Assembly (NCBI GenBank): GCA_002269645.1 | Contig: NIVC01000107.1 | Coordinates: forward strand, 248,001 to 312,000 | From: Macrostomum lignano | Lineage: Eukaryota | Direction: 5' to 3' | Length of the DNA stretch: 64,000 bases | Shown here: positions 34,820 to 48,047 of the stretch, one piece after another | How the letters are laid out: each line of letters starts with the position of its first letter | Position numbering within the stretch: the stretch's first letter is position 1 | The notes under the pieces: model-generated | Told to the model about the DNA's origin: nothing | Database searches by the model: none | Seen by the model: the letters and a program-made list of their open reading frames with translations, nothing else | Position numbers and translations under genes: made by a program

Positions 34820-35310
34820 TGGTAGACTCGCAGGTAGGCAGTAGGCAGGTAGACAGGTAGGCAGTAGGCAGGTAGGCAGTAAGCAGGGAAGCAGGTAGGC
34901 AGTAAGCAGGGAAGCAGGTAGGCAGTAAGCAGGGAAGCAGGTAGGCAGGTAGGCAGTAGGCAGGTAGACAGGTAGGCAGTAGGCAGGTAGGCAGTAGGCA
35001 GGTAGGCAGTAAGCAGGGAAGCAGGTAGGCAGTAGGCAATAAGCAGGGAAGCAGATAGGCAGGTAGGCAGTAAGCAGGGAAGCAGGTAGGCAGTAGGCAG
35101 TAAGCAGGGAAGCAGGTAGGCAGGTAGGCAGTAAGCAGGGAAGCAGGTAGGCAGGTAGGCAGTAAGCAGGGAAGCAGGTAGGCAGTAGGCAGTAAGCAGG
35201 GAAGCAGGTAGGCAGTAGGCAGGTAGGCAGGTAAGCAGGGAAGCAGGTAGGCAGGTAGGCAGTAGACAGGTAGGCAGTAGACAGGTAGGCAGTAGACAGT
35301 AGGCAGGTGT
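34820..35310 (+). repeat. Compound purine-rich repeat (aggcagt / aggcaggt / aagcagggaagcaggt)
   Basis: Mosaic of 7-, 8- and 16-bp modules. Confidence 0.9.
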
Positions 35311-35924
35311 TCAAAGAGACCTGCATGCCCCGCTAATTGAAAAGCAGCCAGCAGCAAAGCTCGGTCCGGGCTTTTCCGCTCTCCCACGCGAAAGCATCGA
35401 GTGGCAAATCCGCGCTGTGCGCCGGCGTCTTTGCCGAAATTGAAGTCTCCAATTTCTTAAAGTTGCTTTGCGTGCTGCCCAACTCCAAGGCCGCTCCTCA
35501 AAGTCTCTGAGCAGCCTCGAAGCCTAAGGGTTGCCTTACAGTGCGCCTGCACTCTGCAGCTGGCGGAGACAGTAAGATAAACAAAAATTTGAAAACTGAA
35601 ATTTCTGACTTCAGCGGAGCAGCGCGTGGATCATCAGAAGGGCAGAGCGCGGTCAGGTGCATTTGGGGCTGGCGTGCACGGATATTGGCTGGGGGGTTAC
35701 CATGCGATTCACACAGGTGATCGGGCCAACCCCCAAGGCACAGAGCAGAGTGTACATGCGTAACGATTTGAAAGTCAGGGCCGCTGTACACCCGCTGTGA
35801 GCGCGTGTGCGAGTGCGCGCCTGCTTGCATGTGTCACTATGGATTTTATGAAGGGGGGACAAAGGCTAGAATTCTACATGACTAAATTCCTACATTATTT
35901 TGGGAATCGGTGTTGTTATCACAT

Positions 35925-36150
35925 TTTGGCGCCGAAGGCAGGCACGCATTTTCGCGCCACAGGACACTCATTTTGGCGCCGCAGGCACTCATTTTGGCGC
36001 GGCAGACACTCATTTTCGCACCACAGGCACTCATTTTGGCACCACGGGCACTCATTTTGGCGCCACAGGACACTCATTTTGGCACCACGGGCACTCATTT
36101 TGGCGCCACGGGCACTCATTTTGGCGCCACAGGCACTCATTTTGGCGCCA
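35925..36150 (+). repeat. ~21-22-bp minisatellite (ggcactcattttggcgccaca)
   Basis: About 10 direct copies. Confidence 0.9.
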
Positions 36151-36644
36151 TAAGCAGACCTAGCAAGACATAAAAATTCTTAGATTTAGATCCACAGAAG
36201 AAAGCACAGGAAATAGAACAATATTTTTTAATTTAATGCATTTTTCATTTCTCCTCTTTCCTAACTAAATGGAGCTCAGGGGCTCATTTAGAATTTGTTC
36301 GCCTGCAAATAATAAGTATATTAGCTGTAAAGTAAGAGGACAATGTAATTTAAGTGCTACATGACAGCAAGATGGGGGCATTGGGTCGAAGAAAATCAGG
36401 TTCGGCAGAGCAATTATTCAGTATGTCGGGAGAGGCCTCTGCTTCGTGTGCAGAATGCTGGCTAATAAATGCTACTGCAAACAAAAAACTGTCTTGGAAA
36501 AAAAGATTCAATTTTGCATGAAAAGTATTTGTCTCGACGGGTACACAGAATTGTAAAAAATTTCAGTTTTTATAAAAAAAATTGAGTCATTCTAAGACTA
36601 AAAGTGCACAGGGCTTTGCTTTGCTCTTCTCTTTTCAGTGGCTT

Positions 36645-36803
36645 AGCCAATCAGAAGCGGAGTGGGGCAGCCAAGCGTCTCTCTCAGCGTGTCAGCCAAT
36701 CAGAAGCGGGGTGGGGCAGCCAAGCGTCTCTCTCAGCCTGTCAGCCAATCAGAAGCGGGGCGGGGCAGCCAAGCGTCTCTCTCTCAGCCAGCCAGCCAAT
36801 CAC
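36645..36803 (+). repeat. 49-51-bp repeat containing agccaatca, anchored on the TXNDC9 stop codon
   Basis: agccaatca starts at 36645, 36694, 36743 and 36794; the last copy includes the TXNDC9 TGA (36800-36802). Confidence 0.85.
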
Positions 36804-37633
36804 CAGTCGTCCTCATCGTCATCCGAGTCGTCATCCGCCTTGTCGCCACGGATCGTCTTGCCCGAAGGCTTCTTGCTGCTGGCACCTCCTTTGCCGCCTT
36901 TGCCGCCTTTGCCGCCTTTCCCGCCGCCAGCTCCGCCCTGCTGACGGCCGGCCGCCGAGTCCGGCGGGGTCTCCAGGTCGCCGCGATAGTCGATGACCTC
37001 CGAGCGGGCCAGACGCCACTCCAACATCTCTGTGGAGAAATTGTCGTGGCCGCCCAGATCGTCGAAGCCGACAATGTAGTCCTTGACTTTCTCGTCCTTG
37101 ACGATGCACAAAGTCGGGATGACACGGACGCCGAGGCGCCGGGTCAGGAAGGGCGCTTTCTCGACGCTGATGCGCACGAATTTGCACTCAATGTGGCGCG
37201 GCGCCAGCGCGGTGAGGTGGCGGTCAACAATGCCGCAGCGGAAGGTCGTGTCCCGGTAGAAGTGGCACACCAGCCGCTTGCTGCGCATGGACTCGTCAAA
37301 GAAGTCGCGCTCCTGTGTGAGCTCGGCCAGACTGCCGTGCCCGTTGGCCAGCCACTCGTCCCGTTGCTTGGCCTGTTCCTTCAGCTGGCGCAGCCGGCGC
37401 TCCCGCAGCCGCTCCAGGTCGTCTTCGTTGAGGTTCTCCAGCCGCTCGATCTCGTTGTCGAGACGCTGCTCGATCATCTTGGCGGCGCGGACCATCTGGG
37501 TTTCCAGCACCTTCTCCAGCTGCGCGTTGCCCGTCATTTTCTTCCAGTTTGCTTTTGGTTGGCGGCCGGGCTGTTGCTGGGGCATTGAGCTCGAGTGAGC
37601 AAGTTGGCTGAGCAAGTGCTCAGCTTGCCACAT
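36800..37633 (-). CDS. TXNDC9: Thioredoxin domain-containing protein 9 (phosducin-like PhLP3), intronless; the true start may be a downstream Met (MPQQQ)
   Basis: DDLERLRERRLRQLK, WLANGHG, VCHFYRDTTFRCGIVDRHL, EKAPFLTRRLGVRVIPTL, IVGFDDLGGHDNFSTEMLEWRL, and an acidic DDW C-terminus. Confidence 0.92.
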   Translation of the reverse strand: MWQAEHLLSQLAHSSSMPQQQPGRQPKANWKKMTGNAQLEKVLETQMVRAAKMIEQRLDNEIERLENLNEDDLERLRERRLRQLKEQAKQRDEWLANGHGSLAELTQERDFFDESMRSKRLVCHFYRDTTFRCGIVDRHLTALAPRHIECKFVRISVEKAPFLTRRLGVRVIPTLCIVKDEKVKDYIVGFDDLGGHDNFSTEMLEWRLARSEVIDYRGDLETPPDSAAGRQQGGAGGGKGGKGGKGGKGGASSKKPSGKTIRGDKADDDSDDDEDDW

Positions 37634-37859
37634 GCTGGCTTTGAGAGCACAAGCGCTGGCGCAGGATTGCGTCTATGGCCGGCCGCTGTTGCAAAAGTAC
37701 ATGCTGATCTGAGCTTCAAAGGATGACTAACAGTAATTCCAAGGGTTTTCCCAATTTAACTGCCGCACGACTATAGAAATAATCGTACTAATCCCCATTT
37801 ATGACCCTTAATCTAATGATTCTAAGAATCTACAATAAGATAGTCTTCAATGATAACAA

Positions 37860-38830
37860 ATGATCTCAAATGATCCCAAATGGACTCAGATGATTCCAAA
37901 TGGTCTCAGATGATCGCAAATGGTCTCAGATGATCCCAAATGGACTCAGATAATCCCAAATGGTCTCAGATGATCCCAAATGGACTCAGATAATCCCAAA
38001 TGGTCTCAGATGATTCCAAATGGACTCAGATGATCCCAAATAGTCTCAGATGATCGCAAATGGTCTCAGATGATCCCAAATGGTCTCAGATGATCCCAGA
38101 TGGACTCAGATAAGCCCAAATGGTCTCAGATGATCTCAAATGGACTCAGATAATCCCAAATGGTCTCAAATGATCTCAAATGGACTCGTGCAGATGATCC
38201 CAGATGGACTCAGATAATCCCAGATGGTCTTAGATGATCCCAAATGGTCTCAGATGATCTCAAATGGACTCAGATAATCCCAAATGGTCTCAGATGATCG
38301 CAAATGGTCCCAGATGATCCCAGATGGACTCAGATGATCCCAGATGGACTCAGATAATCCCAACTGGTCTCAGATGATCTCAAATGGACTCGTGCAGATG
38401 ATCCCATGATCTCAAATGGACTCAGATGATCCCAAATGGTCTCAGATGATCCCAAATGGACTCGTGCAGATGATCCCAGATGGACTCAGATAATCCCAAA
38501 TGGTCTCAGATGATCTCAAATGGACTCAGATAATCCCAAATGGTCTCAGATAATCCCAAATGGACTCAGATGATCCCAAATGGTCTCAGATGATCTCAAA
38601 TGGTCTCAGATGATCCCAAATGGACTCAGATAATCCCAAATGGTCTCAGATTATCCCAAATGGACTCAGATAATCCCAGATGGTCTCAGATGATCCCAAA
38701 TGGTCTCAGATGATCTCAAATGAACTCGTGCAGATGATCCCAGATGGACTCAGATAATCCCAAATGCTCTCAGATGATCCCAAATGGTTTCAGATGATCC
38801 CAGATGGACTCAGATGATCCCGAACTGATC
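37860..38830 (+). repeat. 20-bp minisatellite (gatgatcccaaatggactca)
   Basis: About 48 units between TXNDC9 and SIDT. Confidence 0.95.
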
Positions 38831-39269
38831 CAGAGTAATTCCAAAAGCGGACATGAAGAAATAGATTGCTTTTTCCTGTTGCTGATCGGCAAAAATAATA
38901 TTCCAGCAAATAATTTAATTTTTAATTGAAGTTCGGGCATTAATACGTTTTTTCTACAATAAATACACATGCATGTACCCGCTGAATCCAAACTGTGCAC
39001 AGGGCGGTCTTTTAAACACTTTGTGTTGACACGCAATATGTAGTATGAAGGAACAAAAAATTAAAATAATAAAATCGAAACAGTAAAACAAATATTAGCA
39101 GTGATTCTAAGGGGAATTGGATATACAAAGGAAATTTTTAAGACTTCTTTTCTAAAAGCACGTGCGCTGCTATGGCTCAGGCTATGGCTATGTTAGATTG
39201 CGTTGAATTAGTAAGCTGTCGGAATATGAGTTAACCCACGAGATTGGGGGGGGGGGGGCTACCAGGACA

Positions 39270-39450
39270 GTCAGGACACCCGGATGTGTGAGCATTCATG
39301 ACAGTCAGATGTGTGAGCATTTATGACACCCGGATGTGTGACTGTTCAGGACACCCGGATGTGTGAGCATTCAGGACACCCGGATGTGTGAGCACTCTGG
39401 ACACCCGGATGCGTGTCAGACTGTCAGGTCAGGTCAAAACACCCGGATGC
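39270..39450 (+). repeat. Short degenerate repeat (caggacacccggatgtgtgagcatt) overlapping the SIDT 3' end
   Basis: Repeated acacccggatg motif; the last copy overlaps the final SIDT codons. Confidence 0.75.
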
Positions 39451-41650
39451 GGTCCCGCGGCACAGTCTCGAGGTCGTCGTCCACGGTGAGCAGCGCCATG
39501 AAGCCGAAGAACACGGCCGCCGATGACAGGAAGTGCCAGACGTCGTGCACATCGTAGAAGCCGGCCAGCACGCAGGCCTGGTTGCGCAGCCGCGATCCGG
39601 CCGCGCTGTCCTCCCAGTTGGCCGGCTGCTGCAGGTAGAAGCGGCCCGCGCCGGCCCAGGCCACCCCGGCCAGGGCCAGGTAGGCCAGAGGCGCCTTGGC
39701 CAGCCTCTCGCCTGAGCGCAGCTTCATCACTAAGTAGTAGAGAAAGTAGGCCAGCGAGTTGGCGGTGAGCACCCAAAGCAGGAAGCTGCCGAAGTCTCTC
39801 GGCCGGGCCAAGGCGCCGTAGAGCCCCAGGCCGAGGTTGGCAGCGTTGGCGACGGCCAGGAGGGCGGCGCGGGCGGGGGCGCGCGGCCAGCCGACGCAGC
39901 GCAGGCTGAGCAGCAGGCTCGCCCCGGTGAGGAGGCCGCAGAACAGGGCGTAGAAAGCGACGCTGCCGCCGCCATAGAAGACGCCAAGCAGGCCGGTGAG
40001 GATGACGATGGCCAGGGCCAGGTAGGCGGCGTGGGCGGGCGCGTTCGAGTCCGGGTGGCGGGCCTGGTAGAGGCACAGGGCGCACAGGCCGCAGAGCATG
40101 TACATGAAGGCCGTGTCGAACTGGAAATTGCTGTAGCTTGGGCAGACGTGATAGCAGGCCGACATGACGCCCTGCATGATGAGCGCCACCCCCATGGCGT
40201 AGTGGAGGCCGTGGTGCTGCGGCAGGCCCAGCGGAGGCTGCAGCGGAGTCCGACGCCCCGGCGGCCGGCGTCGCTGAAGGAGATCGCGGCGCCAGACGAG
40301 CAGCAGGAACAGCAGCCCGAGCAGGCCGTAGCTGATGTTGGAGAAGACGCTGTTGAACGAAGAGATCGGGCCCAGCGGGTGCGAGCACTCGAAGTTGTAG
40401 AAGCAGATGTCCTCGTCCCCGCTGGTGTTGAGCACCCGCTGGTAGGTGAGCACAAGCTGCACGACCGGCAGGCAATAGAAGATGGAGATGATGATGAGGT
40501 ACCAGCAGTACAGCCGGTACTTCTTCCGCAGCCGTCTGGACGGCTTTCTTGCCAGCTCGAGCACCGACGGCGGCGGCTGTGGTGAAGGAGGCGGCAGCGG
40601 CGAGTCCGACTGTGAAGGCAGCACCGGTGGCGGCAACGGTGGTGGCGGTGGAGGCTCCCTGAGCTTCCTTGAGCTGGCCAGGTGGCTGAGGGTGGACAGG
40701 GCCAAGGCTAGCAGGTAGCAAAGCACGTAAAACAGCAGCGTCCACAGCACCGGCCAGCCGTACTGCTCGCTGTGCAGCGACGCCTGCACGTGCAACGTCA
40801 GCCGCTTCACCCGGCCCTGCTGGCGAGTTCCGCTGCCAGCTGGCGGCGACGCTGACGGAGACGCCGCCTCCACTTCGGCTTCCACGCCGCCGCGGCAGTT
40901 GGCGTCGTTCGGGTAGACCAGCAGCACCACGTTGAAGCGGTCGGGCGTCCCGACGGCTGGGTCTCCTCGCCCGATGCTGAGCACCGCTTTCCTGCTGGCC
41001 GTCTGCCGGACGCCCGAGAACTCGACGTTCCGCGCCAGATCGTTGGCCGGGCAGGCCGCCGCCTGGACCGCCAGCCGCATGCAGAGCGCGTCGTTCGACT
41101 GCACGCGCACCTGCACGCTGGTGACGTTCGGCGGGTAGACGAACCTGAAGTACTGCGGCTGCGTGGGCGACACCTCCACTTGGACCGGGGAGTCCAGGCC
41201 CAGCCGGAAGTTGGGGACCAGCGTCGCGCTCAAGCTGAAGCGGATCTGCCGCGGCCTCTGCGACGTCACCTCCACGAAGACGGTGTGGCTGCCCCGCCGG
41301 TGGACCGGGCACAGGGTGCGGGACACCACGCCGAAGCCGGCGTACTCCCCGGACATGGGCAGCCGCCAGGAGATCACCTCCCGCTGCTGCCTGGCCACCA
41401 CCAGCAGCGGGAACTCGGAGTCCGCTTCGTCGCTTTCAACGGAGACTCGAACCGCCGCGTTGGCGCCTCCCGTCGAGCAGTCGTCGGGCGTGGCGTAGGT
41501 GAAGGCGAACACGCGCTCGACGCCTGCGCCGACTGAGCTGCGGTAGACGCGACCGAAGCTTGCCGTCTCGGCGGTCGATGCAGCGTTGGCCGCCTCTAGG
41601 AGCAGCAAGAGCAGCAGGTGGCGAGCCGCCATGCCTGACAGCAAAGCCAT
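39434..41650 (-). CDS. SIDT: SID-1 transmembrane family protein (SIDT1/2-like), intronless, 738 aa
   Basis: Signal peptide; ectodomain PLLVVARQQREVISW, SRTLC, PTQPQYF; FYCLPVVQLV; GDEDICFYNFECSHPLGPISSFNSVFSN; SACYHVCPSYSNFQFDTAFMY; FYDVHDVWHFLSS; DDDL. Confidence 0.95.
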   Translation of the reverse strand: MALLSGMAARHLLLLLLLEAANAASTAETASFGRVYRSSVGAGVERVFAFTYATPDDCSTGGANAAVRVSVESDEADSEFPLLVVARQQREVISWRLPMSGEYAGFGVVSRTLCPVHRRGSHTVFVEVTSQRPRQIRFSLSATLVPNFRLGLDSPVQVEVSPTQPQYFRFVYPPNVTSVQVRVQSNDALCMRLAVQAAACPANDLARNVEFSGVRQTASRKAVLSIGRGDPAVGTPDRFNVVLLVYPNDANCRGGVEAEVEAASPSASPPAGSGTRQQGRVKRLTLHVQASLHSEQYGWPVLWTLLFYVLCYLLALALSTLSHLASSRKLREPPPPPPLPPPVLPSQSDSPLPPPSPQPPPSVLELARKPSRRLRKKYRLYCWYLIIISIFYCLPVVQLVLTYQRVLNTSGDEDICFYNFECSHPLGPISSFNSVFSNISYGLLGLLFLLLVWRRDLLQRRRPPGRRTPLQPPLGLPQHHGLHYAMGVALIMQGVMSACYHVCPSYSNFQFDTAFMYMLCGLCALCLYQARHPDSNAPAHAAYLALAIVILTGLLGVFYGGGSVAFYALFCGLLTGASLLLSLRCVGWPRAPARAALLAVANAANLGLGLYGALARPRDFGSFLLWVLTANSLAYFLYYLVMKLRSGERLAKAPLAYLALAGVAWAGAGRFYLQQPANWEDSAAGSRLRNQACVLAGFYDVHDVWHFLSSAAVFFGFMALLTVDDDLETVPRDRIRVF

Positions 41651-42100
41651 AAACTTGGAGCTGGCAAGTTCTCAGCTGTTATGGGGCTGGCAGAGGGCAT
41701 ACAAGTAGAGTAGGGTGAGAGTGTATACAAGTATGTGAAGTCCAGAACCAGTCCCGAGTCAGCTGAGCTCAGCCAATAAGAGCCGGTCCCTCGGTCTCTG
41801 GAGGCTGCCTATATTCTAGAAGGGTGGATGGCGAATGCAAATCCAAATGAAGTCCTGTGCAGTTCTCAGCTGAGTAGACACTGCTGGCTGATCATTTCGT
41901 GACTTTTCTGCTAGAGAGCTTGGCGAGCATAAGGGCTCAAATCTGGGGGGTGGGGGTGGGGATTAGCGGCTTAGTGAAGGAATAATTCCCTGACCTCAGC
42001 TGCGGCGGGCTCCATCTTTGCCAGCCAAATTGATTTCAATCTTTTCGATCCCTTGCCCGAATCTAATCAGCTGTGTGGGCCCGCCTCTGCGTTCTCTGCC

Positions 42101-42943
<843 letters not shown>

Positions 42944-45900
42944 AGTGCACTTTTGCACAGCTTTCCAAGATAACAGAGAGTCCCGTCCCTCAAAGGGGAT
43001 CGAACTCCAGTTAGACAAGTGGGAGCCTCTAAAGCCAGCTTCCAATCTTCATCAGGCTGTCTGTCCGACGGATCCGGGGGGGGGGGGGGGTTAGAGGCTC
43101 GGGGCCGCAAAGCCGCTGCTAATAACGAATCCTGCAAGGCGACAATGGGGTTTCGGAGTCGGGGATTTCCAATCTGCAGCCAGGATTGCAGCTGCGTCCT
43201 GGGCAGACTAGGAAGCTGCAAGCAACGCGGCACGCTGCATCAGGCACCGGGGGAAATTGCCTTCATTCCGTTTTTTCGGCCGCCATCCGTGCTGGCCAGG
43301 CGAGTTTATTTTTGCCAGACGAACTTTTTGCTAAGCCGGTCTGTGCAAATCTGTTTCATTCTCGATGATCGTCTCTTGCAGAAGCGAAAGCGAGAGCAGC
43401 AGGAGACAACTCAACTGCCTGGCAACAAGATTGAGAGCTGCGTGAGAGCTTATGCCAGGCTGCACTGGAGTGTAAACTGAAACTCGGGCCTCTGTAAGTT
43501 AGCTATAATAGTCGGATATTGAGTTTCTGGGGTCCTTGGCCGGCGGGGCCCTGGAGAGCTGTGGTTCGACAACCTGCTAAGGCGCAGTGGCAGCCCAGTT
43601 ATTACATTATAGGCTGAGGGCATATGATAGTTAAGCAGTGCTTTCAGCCCTGTGAAATGCTTATATTAGTTGGCGCAGCTCTCCATCATCTCTCTCTGAT
43701 TTGATTTCGAGCCCTCGTATCAGCGAGCAGGCTTGAATATGCGGGCCACTGGGACGGTCGGTGCGAGTGTGCCGCGATGGATGGCCATTAGCGCAGCATT
43801 TTTCGAATCCCCGCGGCTGAGACGGCAAGGCCTTTTGCTAAGAAGCCTCGCTGCTCGCCTCGATCGAACCCAATTGGCCTCTCTCGGCAAATATTCGTGC
43901 CGTTGCGTGCCTCGATGCTCGGTATCAGCTGAAAGTACTTTAAGGCCTTGTTGGAAAACATCGGAGAATTTCTGTAGATGTAGTGAATCAGTCGGCGTTG
44001 ACGACGAACGCTCCATAGATGCTGATCATTCAATTTGAGCAAAGAATAACATGTAGCTCGATACGTGCATGTGTACCAGAATGCCCATTCAAAAATGTTA
44101 CTCGTGCATAGAAAAGGTTAATCTCGTTAATACTAAATATTTGTTGCTGCTTCTTGCTCGCTGATGCTTTCCTGCTTTATTATTACTTCTGAAAGACTGA
44201 TGGACGAGAATTATCTAAAAGGCAGTAAAACAATCTAAAACGAAGCATTGGATTGATCGTGTATTTAGGCTGCTACATGTACGTACATGTATACAAGCAT
44301 TTATAGATTTGGGTCGTATAGCACAGGCCATTCTCCATCATGTAGTTAAAGCCATATTTCTCCCATATCCAGAATGCTCAATCAACTGGCAGAATGAGTA
44401 TAGAAATAAAAAATCAAAAATACCACTCTTACTTCCGTGTGAATATAATTACCTGTATATTTAGTAAAATAACCAATTACCACAATTCCGAATATCTTTA
44501 AAAATATATTTGAAGATATTTTAATATATATTTTTATAAAGAAAGCAAGAAAATAGCCAAAGAGCTATGATATGAAGTATTAATTTTAGTATCAGTATAC
44601 ACATGTAGCATAATCGGCAACAGCCTAAAACGGGATATTTGCTAGATAGCTAGCTAGACGGATGGAATACACTGTATAGTGTTTATTAATAAACTAAAAA
44701 AATCTTTCGTGATGAAAAATTAAATAAAGTAAATGTTTTATGAAAAACCGAAGTATAAGCTCACACTTTTTAGATACCTTCGACTATCGTCGTTACTCTT
44801 TTACTCCTTACACTTTTTGGAATTCATTACATTTTATTGTTTGTTATACGAGTTATGGAGTTTAGTGTACAGAAATGCGCACCAGATTGGTTTTATTTTA
44901 ATCTTTTATATTTTAAAGAAGCCATAAATTTTTATTGACTTTCGCCGCCTGGCCCGCCTGGCGCCTGGCCTGCGGGTAGTGTTAGTGTAGTAGTCAGAAA
45001 GTGAGCGATTGCAATGTTGATATTACATCTAGTAACTTCGTGGGCTGATAACTTACTATAAGTTTGTCTAGTCACGTGAATTAAATGCTTATTCAGAATT
45101 CAACCGAAGAGGCGAAGATTAGCTTGCATTATTATCATTCAGTCGGAGTGTCGCTGTCGGGTCTGGCATTGGTCTCACTCACGAAGGATACAGCTAGTCT
45201 ATTGCTTGATGCTCCTGCTGAAGTCTTTATTTTAAATAAAGATAGAAAGAAGTAGATTACTATGTTATTGCAGTGCCAGAGGCAGAGTATTTAAATTCAA
45301 TATCTGTAGGTCTATTCTAGCCTGTACGTAGCTAATGATGTTATCTCTGTTATTAGGCCTAACTTGCCAGTCTATCCCATCTGACAGTGAAAAGTGACAA
45401 TAAAGCCCCTGTTCGTTCATACATTATAAAATTAGCTATAATAGACCTACAATAGTAAACTGACAATGGTCTATAAATGGTTTTAAATTCATTAAATATA
45501 AAAAGCACTAAGAAATAAGATTTTTAATTAAAGGATTAACAAATTAGATTATTATTGTTATAGTTATAGCATCATTGCCCAATTTAACATTAATGTTTTT
45601 AATAAGAAGTTAAAAATAAATTTCGGTAATAGAAACTATTGTGAAAATATATTATTCCCATTGGCATTGTCATTATTACCATAGCAATGATCATGCTATA
45701 GATATGTGCATTAGAAGTTGTGCAAAAATATTATCAATTGTATACTAGGCAACATTGCTAGACAAGTGGTCAATTTGAAATCTCTTAGCTCCTTAGCCTA
45801 GTCCAATATATATATCTAACAATATTTTATATAAAATATGTGAATTTACAGACCATTTTTAATAAAATAGTAACTATTAGTTAACTTACAATACTGCAAA

Positions 45901-46397
45901 AGAATTGTTCAAAATTAATAAATTGTCAATTTCAATCCAAAATTGAAATGCTAAGATTCTATCCTAGGCTATGATCTATGATATAGTGCATATTGCATTC
46001 CAACTTTTTGGTACAGCTATATACACATGTACTAAGAAGTTAAGAACCAAATTATAATAATAACAAATCTATACAGTATTATATTTGATACAAAGCATTT
46101 GATTGAAGCCCAAGCTATGTGCCCTGGATCCTTTCGATGAAATTTATATAATAAGTGTATTTATCACAAATTAGAAATTTCTAGTATACCTAATATGATC
46201 CTGATTGTGGCATTAATAAAATGATACATATTATAATAGGACTGCCATTTCTATATAAGGGGTGCCATCTCAAGGATACATATGATAAGTATACTATATG
46301 CGCCTTGGATAGCAATGGTATATATCATTAAGCTTGAGATGGCACCCCTTTTACACTTATTGTATATTTCATATTTTCAGACATTATAGTATTAATA

Positions 46398-48047
46398 ATG
46401 GGAAACTCGCATGGTGCATTCTCTAAGGAAGAGCTGGCTGAGTACCAGGAGCTGACATACCTAACTAAGAGAGAGATTATTGAGTAAGTTGGCATCTTTG
46501 AATTTTTAATTGTTAATAAAATCATAATTCCAATGTCTATCTATACTTTCAATTCTCAAACTGCAGGGTCTACAACAGATTTACAAAGATCGATCCACAA
46601 GCACTGAAGGAGGACGCCAGGAATCCCAAGGTGGAATGGGAAAAGATTCTGGCAATTCCTGAACTCAGGGTGAGAGTTTGTATTGGCACATGTCTTTTCC
46701 TCTTCACTGTTCACAGATTCTTATTCACTGTTCACATAGATCTCTTCACTGTTCACAGATACTTATTCACTGTTCACATAGATCTCTTCACTGTTCACAG
46801 ATACTTATTCACTGTTCACAAAGACCTTCATTGTTCAAAAACATCTCTTCACTGTTCACAAAGACCTTTTCACTGTTCACAGATACTTATTCACTGTTCA
46901 CAAAGACCTCTAGTGATCGCAGATTCTTATTCACTGTTCACATAGACCTCTTCACTGTTCACAAAGGCTTTATTAATTGTCAACAAAGACCTATCAGCTT
47001 GCAACCGTCCTACCCGCAGATGAACCCGTTCAAGGAGCGAATAGTTAGCGTGTTCAGCAGCGAGCCGAGCCGCATGTCGTTCGAGGACTTCCTGGACATG
47101 ATGTCCGTGTTCAGCGAGGCGGCGGACAAGGCCACCAAGGTGAAGTACGCCTTCCTCATCTACGATTACGACGGCGATTTGCACATCGGCGAGGCCGACC
47201 TGCGCTGCATCATCCGGGCGCTGACGTCTAATGAGGAGGCCGGGCCGCAGCAGCAGCCGCAGCAGCAGCTCACGGACGATGATGTTGAGAAGCTGGTCAG
47301 CAATGTAAGTAGTGCAGATTTTGAGCAGGTGCAGGGTCCCCGAATCTCCCAGATCCCCAGTCCTCTGCTCTCCTAAATCCCCTGTTCTCTAATCTCCCAA
47401 ATGCCCAGTCCCCAAATCTCCCTAATCCCCAGTTCTCTAATCTCCCAGATCCCCAGTCCCCGAATCTCCCAGTCCCGCATCTCCCAAATCCCCAGTTCTC
47501 TAATCTCCCAGATCCCCAGTCCCCGAATCTCCAAGATAAAATCTCTCAGTCCTAGAATGTCCCAGATCCCCCGTCAGATATCCGTATCTCCCAGATCCCC
47601 AGTCCCCGAATCTCCCAGTCCCACATCTCCCAGATCCCCAGTCCCGCATCTCCCAGATCCCCAGTCCCCGAATCTCTCAGTCCCGCATCTCCCAGATCCC
47701 CAGTTCTCTAATCTCCCAGTCCCGCATCTCCCAGATCCCAGTCCCGCATCTCCCAGATCCCAGTCCCGCATCTCCCATATCCCAGTCCCGCATCTCCCAG
47801 ATCCCAGTCCCGCATCTCCCAGATCCCAGTCCCGCATCTCCCAGATCCCAATCCCGCATCTCCCAGATCCCAGTCCCGCATCTCACATATCCCAGTCAGC
47901 CTGTAAGGCTAAGCCCATTCGAACGGCACCCCGCAGATCCTGGCCGAGTCGGACCGGGACGAGGACCGCAAGCTGTCATTCGCCGAGTTCGAGCACGTGA
48001 TCTCCAAGGCGCCCGACTTTGTGAGCTCATTCCGAATCCGTGTCTAA
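46398..48047 (+). CDS. CIB1: Calcium- and integrin-binding protein (CIB1-like EF-hand); exons 46398-46483, 46567-46669, 47020-47304, 47937-48047 (194 aa)
   Basis: MGNSHGAFSKEELAEYQELTYLTKREII, IPELR|MNPFKERIVSVFS, MSFEDFLDMMSVFSE, EF-hands DYDGDLHIGEAD and DRDEDRKLSFAEF, KAPDFVSSFRI. All junctions are GT-AG and in frame. Confidence 0.92.
46700..46965 (+). repeat. Intronic ~21-bp minisatellite (ttcactgttcacagatacttat)
   Basis: Lies in CIB intron 46670-47019. Confidence 0.9.
47330..47895 (+). repeat. Intronic ~22-23-bp minisatellite (tctcccagatcccagtcccgca)
   Basis: Lies in CIB intron 47305-47936. Confidence 0.9.

Noticed and set aside
39429-41312. 627-aa alternative-frame ORF and antisense ORFs over SIDT
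   Set aside because: Shadow frames of a GC-rich real CDS with no recognisable motifs; the same applies to ORFs overlapping ALDH6A1, USP1, TXNDC9 and the retroelements.
42980-43050. B-box-like ggagttcgatcccc on the minus strand as a tRNA gene
   Set aside because: Weak A-box and no cloverleaf or acceptor stem.
43720-44042. Short ORFs on both strands as a gene or a pol fragment
   Set aside because: No diagnostic motifs and no convincing splice partners.
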